Below are positions 1 through 11,434 of a stretch of 64,000 bases of DNA, piece after piece. Origin of the DNA: Pseudogymnoascus verrucosus (lineage: Eukaryota); NCBI GenBank assembly GCA_001662655.1, contig KV460230.1; one strand, written 5' to 3'. Position 1 is the first letter of the stretch, and the number at the start of each line of letters is the position of its first letter. The notes below the pieces were generated by a model. The model saw nothing but the letters and a program-made list of their open reading frames with translations, did no database searches and had not been told where the DNA came from. Both the position numbers and the translations under genes were made by a program.

Positions 1-527
1 CAATGGTGAACGTAGCGGGGAACGACCTCATAGACTTCGGACAAGATGGAGCTCCTGTGCCGGTGCAGGCTCCTGTTCAAGAGGCCCCGATTCATCCAGT
101 GGCACCTGTACCCGTACCTGCCTTTTCTGAAGGAGCTCCTATCCATTCCAGGGCACCCGTACCCCCACCTGTTGCCATTCAAGGGGGTATCCACCCAACG
201 GCATATGCACCCGTACCTGCTGTCGCTCCGGGGTCTCCTATCTTCCCCGCACCACATGCACCGGTACCTGCTGCCGCTCAAGCAGGTCCCGTCTACCCAA
301 CGCCACATGTACCATTACCTGCTGACTTGTTAGCAGCACAAGTAGAACGCGGCGGACTGGCGCAGAGACAGATGGAGGCGACGCTTGCTGAGACAGCCAC
401 GGGCAACAATGGGAAGCCAGGGTCTCAAAGCCCGCTGCTTGATTTCCACAAAGACCTCAACCAGTCACTGAGACGGGCGGATTCGGACACGAGGAGCATT
501 GATGAGTTTGTCGATGCTGAGGGCTAG
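1..527 (+). CDS. 3' end of a gene truncated by the window edge; Pro/Ala-rich tail with terminal FFAT-like motif, possibly an oxysterol-binding (ORP/Osh) family protein
   Basis: Open frame from the window edge to TAG at 525-527. It contains DLIDF and LLDF motifs and ends SIDEFVDAEG (FFAT-like). The family guess rests only on this tail. Confidence 0.45.
   Translation, partial: MVNVAGNDLIDFGQDGAPVPVQAPVQEAPIHPVAPVPVPAFSEGAPIHSRAPVPPPVAIQGGIHPTAYAPVPAVAPGSPIFPAPHAPVPAAAQAGPVYPTPHVPLPADLLAAQVERGGLAQRQMEATLAETATGNNGKPGSQSPLLDFHKDLNQSLRRADSDTRSIDEFVDAEG
81..325 (+). repeat. Degenerate ~48-51 nt coding tandem repeat (5 copies of PI/VxPxAxxPVPA)
   Basis: Units PIHPVAPVPVPA, PIHSRAPVPPPV, GIHPTAYAPVPA, PIFPAPHAPVPA, PVYPTPHVPLPA; recurring gcacc(t/c/g)gtacc in the DNA. 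Confidence 0.6.
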
Positions 528-1244
528 ATGGTGGGAAGAGGATGGTAAGGGGTGGTTGGTGGATATAGTAGGGGTTTCGGGGCTTGGACGGTAGCATGTT
601 AGAATGTGCTGTCAGCACGGTAATAGGTAGGAACGGCTAATCAGGGGGGGATGGGACGCATTGATCTAATCGACATGCAGGCGTTTGTCGGGCTTTCGGC
701 ATTGCATGCAAATGCTTGAGGTTTATGAGCGGGTCAGCGAATAGGGGGCATAGAAGAGACCGTGTTTCGCTGACCGCTTCGCAAAGAACACAGACAGGTT
801 CGCTGCTTTACCACTGCTTGTCACTTCAACGTGATGCCAGCCCTGTGAATGAGGGGCCCAGGGATTGAGTGATTGAACTGGGCCATGAAAAATGTCACAT
901 CATCTGTGCGGAAAAGTAAAATGGGGTAGAAGCCACAAGGCTCGCGTTTTAAACTTTGCAAATCGTTCTTTTTTTGTTCATTTCCCGTTTGAGTTTTTCT
1001 CTCTCCTCCGGTTATTTGTCCTAAATTCTTTGCAATCTGCTGCCCGTATTGTAGTTGTACAAAATCGTACATGCATGCCCATGCTCCGTAGATTCAACCC
1101 GGTCCTCTAAACGCCGAAACAAAACGCTGTGGTGTGTCCGCTGAGCCTCATGCGGCCCGAAAGCTCAGCAGGGCTCAAGCCAATGTCCCCTCCCCTTTCT
1201 CCCCCCTAAGTATCCAGTTCACCTCCTTCAACCCCCCGCCCTCT

Positions 1245-1935
1245 CTAATACCGCCTCCTCGTCGGCTCCGGGCTCGGACTCCTCGTCACGCTCCTCTCAT
1301 CCCTCCCCCTCTCCTTCAACCACTTCCTCGTACTCATATCCAGCTCCCTCTCCAGCTCCGGGCTCGGATTCTTGCGATGGATGAAATTGCAGAAACCCGC
1401 GCGCTGGCACCCCTCACCCGAGTTGAGGCGGCAGCACGCCTCGCGGAAGTCGGTCACGGGGCTCAGCTCGCAGTAGATGGGGCGCGCGGCGTACCAGCGC
1501 GAGTTGAGTGCGTCGCAGGCTTTTTGGGCGGAGTCCTCGTACTTGAAGCGCGCGTAGACGTTGCCAATGAGATCTGCGCGGGGGGATTGGTTAGCTTGTG
1601 TTTGTTATCCCTGGATGGGGGGGGGGGGGCTTACGGTCATTATTGTTGTCGCAGATGACGACCTCCTCAAGCTCGCCGTACTTGCACATCTCGCACCAGA
1701 AGTCCTCGTAGAAGGCGTCGAAGTGCATTTGCAGCTGCTTGGCGTCGAGCTTGGCCTTGGGGTCGTAGGCGGGGTTCTGGTAGAGGTTGGGGAGGAGCAC
1801 GGTTTGCGAGTAGGAGGGCTTGACGTGCTTGCGCGAGCAGCGGTCGCCGTGGCGGCAGGCGCCGATCTTGTAGTAGAAGGAGCAGTTGACTTTGTCTTGC
1901 TCTGTGCCGAAGATGGAGGCGAGGTAGTTCGCCAT
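1245..1935 (-). CDS. U2AF1: Splicing factor U2AF small subunit (U2AF35/U2AF23); exons 1935-1635 and 1573-1245
   Basis: MANYLASIFGTEQDKVNCSFYYKIGACRHGDRCSRKH (CCCH ZnF1), UHM, TDFREACC...FCNFIH (ZnF2). Intron 1574-1634 (GTAAGC..CTAAC..CAG) restores NNNDHLIGNVY. Confidence 0.96.
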
Positions 1936-2575
1936 TGTGTCGGCGGCCGAGGGGTGCTACTTTGGGTATGTGGTCGGGATAGATGGCTTCCAGATGGTAG
2001 ATTGGGCGCTGTAGGTCGTGTTAGATGGGATGCGCTGGTGTTGTTGCGATCATGGAGTGGGAGGTGGCGGCGCAGATGTGTATAAAGTTCGAGTTGGGCT
2101 TTGGACAACGGTGATGTCGAATTGGGTTTAGCGTATTATGGACCCGTTGTGGTAAAGTAGGTGCATTACTAATATAACGGGCGGCTGTTGGATTGTTCTA
2201 GAAGCTAGGGCCACGTTTTATTGGCTGTACAGTACAGATGCTACCAAAACTGACCGTATAATTATTAATCATAGAGATATCAACCATCTTTTGACACCGT
2301 TAAGGATATACGATTAGGTGCTTATTTTACTCTATACATAAATATACCAACAAGATATGGAAATAGTAAGGGTAGCAGAGTATTATTGCTCCAAACTGTT
2401 GTACCAGATTACCTGAAAGTTTTGGACCTAACGGGATTTTTTTTTGTGAAGCATTATTAGTTCAATCTGTTCAATCCACTTATATTAAATATTTAGAACT
2501 CAGCAATCGATTAATATTTGCTACGGAGATTCTACAGTGTAATATGATACTCCAATATGCCGACAACTCTGTGTA

Positions 2576-3898
2576 CTACGACTTCTGCTCTGCAGCCAAA
2601 GCAGTAAAGGCCTGCAGCAAATCGTCTCTTAAATCTTCCCATCCCTCAAGTCCAATGCTAACTCTCAGAAGTCGTCTATCAACTGTAGCGTCCGTCATCG
2701 TGCGCCACTCAATCAGACTCTCTACACCCCCCAGACTAGTGGCATGGTGGAAGAGCTTCAGCTTGCTGGGGAGCCTTCTTGCGAGTTCCTCTTTCTGCAT
2801 GACGATACTGAAGACAGGGCCAAACCCGTTCGGCATCTGTTTCAACAACCACCCATCTTTGATGTCCGCTGTCTGCAGGCTTGCATGCTCGACCTTAGCA
2901 AGAACTTCGCGGATAGCACTGCTGTTGCCGGAGCTCAGAGTGGCACTATCGCCGACACTGGACTCGGACTCGGGGTGCAAGGCAGCATTCAGCCATGCAA
3001 CGAGCTTCCCGGTATTGAGTGACTGTCTCTCAACACGGATTTCCAGTGTGCGTAAGCTGCGAACTCCCAGCCAACCTTCCATATTGCCCATCACGCTGCC
3101 GATCAGTAATCTCTCATGGATTAGATTGTCAACCCAGCCTTCCTTCACTCTGGCAGGGTTCACTGCCAACACTCCACACAACATATCGGAATGTCCACCA
3201 AAGTACTTGGTGCCACTATGCATAACAATATCCGCGCCCCATAGGAATGGATCCTGAAGTGGTGGTGGGCCAAATGTAGCGTCCACAGTGAGATATGCCC
3301 CTCTTGAATGTGCCTTGTCGGCGTATTCCTTCAAGTTTGTCGCATTTCCTGTTGGGTTGAGTGGAGTCTCGATGTGCACGATGTCGCCGGGTTGAAGATC
3401 CTCAGCCGGGCAGTCGAGAGGTAGAGTTGTTAAGCCAGTGAGCTTCTTATGGATGCTGATTACGCCATGGCAGCCGTGATAGCCCTCGCCAATCGAGATG
3501 CGCTTTGGGTTGAGGTGGACGAGGATGGCATGGAATGCAGAGAGTCCGGAGCTGTATGAGATGGCGGGGCCATTGAGTAAACTGGAGAGGATGGTCTCGA
3601 AGCGAGTTGTGTTTGGTGCAGTGTGTCGAGAATAGATGTGACCCTCGGCCGCCGCCGTGTGCTATTGCCGTTAGAGTGAGTATTTGAATGGATAGGGGCT
3701 ACCTACGTCGGCTTCGGTCCATGGAACTAGCTTTTCAGGGTCGCTGGGATATCGGTATGTAGTGGAAACATGCATGGGAGGAGCAACATCTTGATGCCCG
3801 CCATTGAGGACATCGTCCGCATGGATGGCTAGCGAAGATACCGAGAGGTTGGATGCTGCCTCTGGCACAACTACGTTGCTTTCCTTGATGTCCGACAT
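2576..3898 (-). CDS. Cys/Met metabolism PLP-dependent enzyme (cystathionine gamma-synthase/beta-lyase family); exons 3898-3707 and 3661-2576
   Basis: APPMHVSTTY, IYSR, ETPLNP, VDATFG, HSGTKYFGGHSD (PLP lysine), SLGGVESL, LRVSIGLE; 45-nt intron 3662-3706. Confidence 0.9.
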
Positions 3899-4388
3899 TG
3901 TTTAATATTAAGACGATTTAAATGAATCAGTAAGTTAGAAATGTGGTAGTGAATATAATACACATATATCACCCACGCTCAAATGGCGAGCTTCCCCGCA
4001 TGTTTACACATGGCGGGGCAAGTCCGTCATCGGCTCGTAATTGCGCCTTCTCCGATACAACGGCATTATCTCTGTGGCCTTTAAGAATTAATCACGAACC
4101 TGATACCTGAACCTATTCATATTGATTATTGATTTATGAGCTATGTGATATAATTATTTAATTTCGAGGTGTAATGTTGCCCATAGTTTGTAGCCAAAGG
4201 CTAAATGGGTATGGTGCTGATTCCATGTTATAAAAACAGCCAAGCTATGCCCAGCAAGCTCGATCTCCCAACCAAAACCCGTCTCATATATTTTCCCCTG
4301 CAAAAGCTATCCATGCGATGGAAAGCAAGCTCAAAACTCAGTCCAAAATCCTTCTCATATTTGTTTCCTGCATAAGCTATAAATATTG

Positions 4389-6872
4389 CTAAGTCAAAGC
4401 CGAGAGCCCATGCGACACGGCCATCAACCTGTTCAGTGATTTTTCTACTTCTCTGGCACAAGAGTCTGTCATTCTGAGACCATCATGTCGGATTCCGGAC
4501 TTTGCATAATCGTCAGCTGCTGCAAAAAGATGCATTGCCCTGCTGACTGATGTAGTTTCAATTGACATTCGGAGGATTAAATTTTGAGTGCCCAAGGTAT
4601 CCGGAATCGATTCCAAAGGCAGCAACATTGTTTTGGCTCGCTTTAACTTTGGTCCCTGATGCGCCGCCATGGATTTTTGGCGTCTCATTAGATATGCTCG
4701 TGGATCGCCATCTTCGAGCACAGTTTTGATTATATTCTCTTGCACCGGCATTCGCTGCATTGCCACATTGCCCGCTTCAGCCTCCAGGCGAGCTACAGCA
4801 GCGGTTTCTTCTCGTAGCCTTCTGGTGCTTGTTACTTTCCTTCTCTCAAAATCCATGGCAGCATCTACATCGTCATGGAATGCTGATATGCTTGTTCTTC
4901 GTAATCCTTGCGATGGTGAAGTGTCGCCAATTGGAGTCAAATTGCTCGACTCGTATGCGTTCTCACGGGCCCCGGGTACAACCTCCGTCCTTCTAGGAGT
5001 GATAAAAGGCGTCTTAAATTTCCTCTGGAGCTTTTCCTTCGACTTAGTTTGAGTAGGTGGCGGTGACCATGGAAGTCCGACTGGAAGTTCTCGAGCGGTT
5101 ACGAATCCAGTTACGAATCCATTTGAGTATGGTGGTTTATAATTAGACTGAGACAGACCGTCCCCTGTTATGTGGTGGGACTGCTGCGGCTTGGGGCCAT
5201 GCTGAAGTTCTGCCAAATCATCAGTCTCATATGTCTGTTGCTTGTTTATCCATGTTTCGACCGAACTTTGCGTAGGGCCTGGTTTTGGCTGTTTCCAGGT
5301 CTGGCTTCCTGTTAAACGGTTGGGCATGTCTTCGGTGAGAAACAGATCGTCAGACGAAGCTGAGGGTGTGTCATCAACAGGAGTAATATATGACCTCAGC
5401 GGCCTTGGTCTAAGCGTCCTGGACCCATGAAGCCCACGCTCAGTTGCTGGAGTATTGAGCTTCGCGATGATCCAAGGGTTCAGCGTGTTGTGGTCACTGC
5501 GCTCTTGAGTACTAGGTGGTGATTGTGGCTCACAAGCAGCGTCTCTTAACAATTCCAACTCTCGACCCGATGCTTTATCAACAACGGCATCGGAAGTTAT
5601 ATGCCCCTGGATTTTGTTGTTTCTTGTCCCGTAATTGACTTTAGAAGTTTGAAAATCTGTCACGCCCATACTCTTTGACACCTCCACGCGTTGCTGAATT
5701 GCAGAATCATGACTCGCAGCAGGCTGGGGAGCAGGTAGGTCATTGAAGGTGTCATCCACTGGAATTGGGCGGATATTGGTAGAGTATAGGGATTTGAAGA
5801 GTTTTTCTGCGGCGGAAAGGATGGCATCCTCATCTTCGAACAGGACATCGTCCTTGGCAGGCTCGATATTGGGATCATAGCTGCCAATCGGACATGTAAT
5901 CCTCAAATATATGAATGGATCCTTTGGAGCTTCTTTGCTAGTGTTTGAAGCAAATGCTCGGATATGTTGCTTGTAGGAAGACACGACCTTTTTTAGGGTG
6001 CCTCGTGTGCAAGATACTGGTCTGGAGTCAACTGATGCATAATGACCACCTTTGAGTTTTGAGAAGTTCGAATCTGGACTCGGAAGGAAGGCCCGTATTC
6101 TAATATATGGGTTCGCTGTCGTTGTTTCGTTTTCATCAGCGGCATCAAAAATAGACGCATCATCTTCAGATGGGCTCGCTATTTCGATGCATTGTTTTGC
6201 AACATCTTTCCCAGCGACTTGAATTGCTGCCTCCTTGATATAACCTTTGGGATGCGGTATGTACGACCAATTCCCTTTGCCCGTCTTTGCCACCTTGAGA
6301 GTGAATCGAACTTGAAACCTCGCCAGAGCGTATGACTGAAGGATGTTCTTGATATTGGATATTGTTTTTGATGAATCGCTAATAGAAGTTTGCCTTCTGA
6401 CAGGGAAAGCGGAAAGAAAATTGGATACGCAGACAGTGGTACCAATGGGATGAGAGATAGATGACTTGCTTGATACACCCCCAGTGGCTTTGAGTTTTAC
6501 CACGAAAGCAACAGGCTCTCCTTCTGCTCGGGTTGTAATAGTCACGCTTCCAAGACTCACAGAACTGGCCAGAGCTTCGCCCCGAAATCCGAGACAGGAA
6601 CTACCAACTGTCCTCAATTCCTCGAAATTCCTCAACTTGCTGGTATGACCATGGCGTCCAAGCGAGTCAAGGTCTTCTTGGGCTATGCCGTGGCCATTGT
6701 CATGAACTTCAATCTTATCAACGGTATTTGCCGATATTATAACGTCAATCGATGTTGCCTTTGCATCAATGGCATTGTCAATGAGCTCCTTGACCAGTGA
6801 TGAAGGTGTTGTGAGGGCTTGACAGGAACCCAGGATCCTTGTGGTTGAAGATGGGAGTGGCTGGATTGCCAT
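4389..6872 (-). CDS. MutL-family mismatch repair protein (Mlh2/hPMS1-like: GHKL ATPase plus transducer domain, long low-complexity C-terminal part)
   Basis: VKELIDNAIDA, DNGHGI, HTSKL, GFRGEALAS, GTTV, DPNIEPAKDDV; 827 aa ORF with no DQHA endonuclease motif. Confidence 0.88.
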   Translation of the reverse strand: MAIQPLPSSTTRILGSCQALTTPSSLVKELIDNAIDAKATSIDVIISANTVDKIEVHDNGHGIAQEDLDSLGRHGHTSKLRNFEELRTVGSSCLGFRGEALASSVSLGSVTITTRAEGEPVAFVVKLKATGGVSSKSSISHPIGTTVCVSNFLSAFPVRRQTSISDSSKTISNIKNILQSYALARFQVRFTLKVAKTGKGNWSYIPHPKGYIKEAAIQVAGKDVAKQCIEIASPSEDDASIFDAADENETTTANPYIRIRAFLPSPDSNFSKLKGGHYASVDSRPVSCTRGTLKKVVSSYKQHIRAFASNTSKEAPKDPFIYLRITCPIGSYDPNIEPAKDDVLFEDEDAILSAAEKLFKSLYSTNIRPIPVDDTFNDLPAPQPAASHDSAIQQRVEVSKSMGVTDFQTSKVNYGTRNNKIQGHITSDAVVDKASGRELELLRDAACEPQSPPSTQERSDHNTLNPWIIAKLNTPATERGLHGSRTLRPRPLRSYITPVDDTPSASSDDLFLTEDMPNRLTGSQTWKQPKPGPTQSSVETWINKQQTYETDDLAELQHGPKPQQSHHITGDGLSQSNYKPPYSNGFVTGFVTARELPVGLPWSPPPTQTKSKEKLQRKFKTPFITPRRTEVVPGARENAYESSNLTPIGDTSPSQGLRRTSISAFHDDVDAAMDFERRKVTSTRRLREETAAVARLEAEAGNVAMQRMPVQENIIKTVLEDGDPRAYLMRRQKSMAAHQGPKLKRAKTMLLPLESIPDTLGTQNLILRMSIETTSVSRAMHLFAAADDYAKSGIRHDGLRMTDSCAREVEKSLNRLMAVSHGLSALT

Positions 6873-7272
6873 ACTGATGATTCTGGGGCTCAGAGACGCA
6901 GCAGCATCACATTATATCATTTGGCATTCTACGCCATTAATCTGATAACAAATGAAGGCTTCTATTAGATTACATTTTTTCTCCTCATAGAGACTGGATG
7001 GTGGTGATAATGATGTGGTGAACGCTATGCCGAGGAGAGGTTGACGTGGTTACCCATGAAACCTTATCGCGTCTGATAAGCCATGTGTGGGATGTGGATG
7101 TTTGGTTGACTCACGGAAAAAACCCGTCCCTTTTAGGTGCAGCACGCTCATTAACCCCGCAAAACCTCAAGACGTTCTTTACAATACCGACACCACGTCG
7201 CGACTTATTACCAGAGCGCTCTGGCTGCGCCGAACGCCGTTTAGACCAAGCTCACGCCTTTCAATAGCCAGA

Positions 7273-10200
7273 ATGGCCACCAATTCCGGGGCAACCAACC
7301 CAAGTAGGATATAACGATCACGTCTGGTTGAATGCACACAAGCTTACCACATTAATACAGTCGCTGAGCAGGCAGGCCCAACTAGCCTCGCTGCGTCTGG
7401 AAACGATGCGGCCAGCAAGACTGGAGCGCCTGCAGCTGGTGCCGAGGGAACAAAAGTGAAGAGCGAAAAAGAACGTATGTGCTCCTCGGCGTTGCCAAAC
7501 TCTCCTAGATCTTGCAACTTTGGCACAGGGGTATGACTAACTCGTTGCACTGTAGTCGAGAGAGAACGCAAGAAGGCTGAAAAACAAGCCAAATTCGACG
7601 CAAAGAAAAAGGGGTCTGCCACTGCTCCTGCTGCTGCACTTTCGAGCAAGAGCAAGGAAAAGAAGGCCAAGGCCGCCGAGAAGGCTGCGGAGGAGACTCT
7701 CCCCGAATATGTAGAGGATACACCGTTCGGAGAGAAGAAGAGTATGGCTGGCCTACTCAAGAAAGTGACATGAGACTAACGGTGCGGCAGTCCTGAAGTC
7801 ATTCGACGACCCTCAGTATAAAGCATACAACCCGATAGCCGTCGAGTCGGCCTGGTATTCTTGGTGGGAGAAGGAAGGCTTCTTCAAGCCCGAATTCACC
7901 GCGGATGGCGAAATCAAACCGGAGGGAAAGTTCGTTATCGTGGAGCCACCTCCAAACGTAACGGGCATGCTCCACATCGGACACGCCCTCGCAAACGCTC
8001 TGCAGGATGTCATGATCAGATGGAACCGTATGCAGGGCAAGACCACACTTTGGCTTCCAGGATGCGACCACGCTGGTATTTCCACACAAAGCGTTGTAGA
8101 GAAGACTCTTTACCGCAAAGAAGGCAAAACTCGCCATGATCTTGGGAGAGAAAAGTTCGTCGAAACTGTGTGGGAGTGGAAAGGAGAGTATCACCAGAAG
8201 ATCAATGCCGTCTTGAGGAAGATGGGAGGATCATTCGACTGGACTCGCGAGGCCTTCACCATGGATGAGAACCTTTCAGCTGCTGTTACGGAAACATTCT
8301 GTAAACTGCATGAAGAAGGCACCATCTATCGCGCTAACCGTCTCGTTAATTGGTGCACACAACTCAATACCGCTCTATCCAATTTAGAGGTGGAGAACAA
8401 GGAGCTCACCGGCCGCACTCTCCTTGACGTTCCAGGTTACGAGAAGAAAATCGAGTTTGGTGTCATTATTCACTTCAAGTACCCAATTGAGGGAACTGAA
8501 GAAACTATTGAAGTGGCTACTACGCGTATCGAGACTATGCTTGGTGATACCGGCATTGCTGTACACCCAGACGATGAGAGATATAAGCACCTTGTCGGCA
8601 AGAACGCTGTTCACCCCTTTATCAAGGGCCGCCTCCTTCCAATTTTCGCAGATACATATGTTGAGAAGGATTTCGGAACTGGCGCTGTCAAGGTGACCCC
8701 TGCTCACGACCCCAACGATTTTACTTTGGGTAAGAACCACAACCTTGAATTCATCAACATCTTGAACGACAATGGAACTTTCAATGAGAACGGAGGCCCC
8801 TACGAAGGCCAGAAGCGATTTGACGTACGATATACGATTCAAGATGACCTGAAGGCCCTCGGCCTGTTCGTCGATAAGAAAGACAATGCTATGAAGGTGC
8901 CGTTATGCGAGAAGTCAAAGGACGTAATCGAGCCGTTGTTGAAACCACAATGGTGGATGAAGATGAAGGATCTTGCTGCCGAGGCTGTCAAGGTTGTCAA
9001 GAACGGAGAAATCAAAATCCTCCCAGAATCTGCCGAGAAGAGCTATTATAGATGGATGGAAGAGCCACAAGATTGGTGTTTGTCAAGACAGCTCTGGTGG
9101 GGTCACCAGATCCCAATTTACTATGCCCAAGTCGACGGGGATAATTCCTATGATGCTGATGAAAACCTTTGGTTCGCTGGGCGCACGGAAGAGGAGGCGC
9201 TGGAGAAGGCACGCAAGGCACTGCCTGGCAAGACTTTTACACTTAAGAGAGACGAGGATGTCTTGGACACATGGTTTTCGTCCGGTTTATGGCCATTCTC
9301 TACTCTCGGATGGCCGAACGCAACCCACGACCTCGAGAAGCTATACCCTACTTCGATGTTGGAGACCGGATGGGACATTCTGTTCTTCTGGGTTGCCCGC
9401 ATGATCTTCCTTGGGAAGAAATTGACCGGAAAGGTTCCTTTCACAGAAGTGTACTGCCATTCACTTGTCCGTGACTCTGAGGGGCGCAAGATGTCGAAGT
9501 CGTTAGGTAACGTTATTGATCCGCAAGATATTATCCACGGTATTTCTCTGCAAGACTTGCACGCCAAGCTCCTGTCAGGTAACCTGAATCCAAATGAGGT
9601 TGAGAAGGCAACAAAGTACCAGAAGACATCCTTCCCAGACGGAATCCCGCAGTGTGGCACTGACGCCCTGCGTTTTGCTTTGGTCTCCTACACCACAGGC
9701 GGTGGCGACATTGCCTTTGATATCAAGGTCATCTACGGTTACCGCAAGTTTTGCAACAAGATCTACCAGGCCACCAAGTATGTCCTTGGCAACCTTCCCG
9801 CCGATTTCGTTCCACAGAAGAGCGCAAAGAAGACTGGCAAGGAGTCTTTGGCTGAGAAGTGGGTCCTGCACAAGTTCACCAACGCGTCCAAGGACATCAA
9901 CAGAGCTCTGGAAGAGCGCGAGTTCATGCGTTCGACAAACATTGTCTACCATTACTGGTACCAGAGTCTGTGCGATGTTTTCATTGAGAACTCGAAGGCC
10001 ATCATCCAAAGTGGTACTGATGAGGAGAAGCTCTCCGCCCTGAACACCTTGTACACCGCCCTTGAGGGTGCTCTTACCATGATTCACCCCTACATGCCTT
10101 TCCTTACTGAGGAACTCTGGCAGCGTCTCCCACGCCGCCAGGATGACACGACTCCTTCCATTGTCAAGGCCGCGTACCCCGTGTACGATGCTGAGATGGA

Positions 10201-10754
10201 TGACCCAGCGTCTGAGGAAGCCTACGAGCTTGTCCTGGGTGTCTCCAAGGGAATTAGGTCCTTGATGTCCGAGTACTCTCTCAAGGACGAAGCCGAAGGT
10301 ATGTCAAAACTCTATATGCCAATGTAAACGTTACTAATAGTCCCTAGTCTACATCCAAGCCTTCGACTCCACCTCCCAATCCACCGTCACCGCCCAGACG
10401 CAGTCCATCAAGTCCCTCTGTGGCAAGGGTGTATCCACCGTCCAGATCCTCGGCGCCTCTGACTCCCGCCCCGCCGGCTGCGTCCCCTTCTCCGTCTCCG
10501 CCGCAGCCGTCGTCTACGTCCGCGTCACCGGCCGCGTCGACATCGACAATGAGATCGCGAAGGCGAACAAGAAGCTCCAGAAGACTCACCAGGGTATCGA
10601 GAAGCAGCGCAAGATCCTCGATGACCCAGACTACAAGGCCAAGGTCAGCGAGGCGCTCCAGGAGGTCGAGCGCAAGAGATTGGCGGACTTGGAGGCTGAG
10701 CAGCGTGGGTTTGAGGAGACGATTAAGCAGTTTGAGCAGCTTAAGTTGGAGTAG
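7273..10754 (+). CDS. VAS1: Valyl-tRNA synthetase; introns ~7304-7360, 7475-7555, 7742-7790, 10299-10347; probable N-terminal extension from ACG at 7195
   Basis: [13 protein letters not shown] (HIGH), [37 protein letters not shown]-terminal coiled coil; splice sites keep the frame. Confidence 0.96.
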
Positions 10755-11434
10755 ACCTCCCCTGTGAGGGGGGTCGTCGTCCTGGAAGTATAAGGAGATA
10801 TGTTGATGTCATGTCAGCTTTTGAAAGACGCTACAGATGAGGATAGGTCGTAAAATTAGATCCTTTGTGTTAATACAATAAAGATATCTACCAGGAAGCG
10901 CATCCATATGCTCAGTGACAAAACTTGATCATGAATAGCCCCTTAAACTCGTAGAATACTATATCCTTAGCCACAGCCCCTATCGTTTAGATACACACAC
11001 CAAGCTCGCAGCGTGCATAAGCTGGCCGAGATGAACGACTGAACGTTAAAATACATTCATTTTCCAATGTAAATATATCTATGGATTGCTGCTACTCTAC
11101 GAGGTGAATCAAGCACGGGCACAGGAGTGTGAATAACCATAATCCATATATACTAATCTTCACTTCTAAGGATGAACTCGCTCCCCGCGATACCCATTAA
11201 AACCACACACACTACCTCGTTTTTTCCATGTGCCCAACCGACCACCCCCCCTCCTTGCTATTTAAACACGCAATGCCCTGACAGACAAACCGCAGCATCC
11301 GCCATACAAAAGACATAAAAAATAAACACAGTGAAGGAATGAACGCCCCAAAAAGACAAATCTGGACTTCCACCAGCAAAATATGCATCGACACAAATAC
11401 CCTCTCATCTCTCCTCCTCTCCACCCTCACCCAC

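Noticed and set aside
1617..1629. G13 homopolymer in the U2AF35 intron
   Set aside because: Simple intronic homopolymer; no evidence of function.
1134..2085. Long + strand ORFs (174 aa each) antisense to U2AF35
   Set aside because: Shadow ORFs caused by strong C/G third-position codon bias of the real gene; no recognisable motifs.
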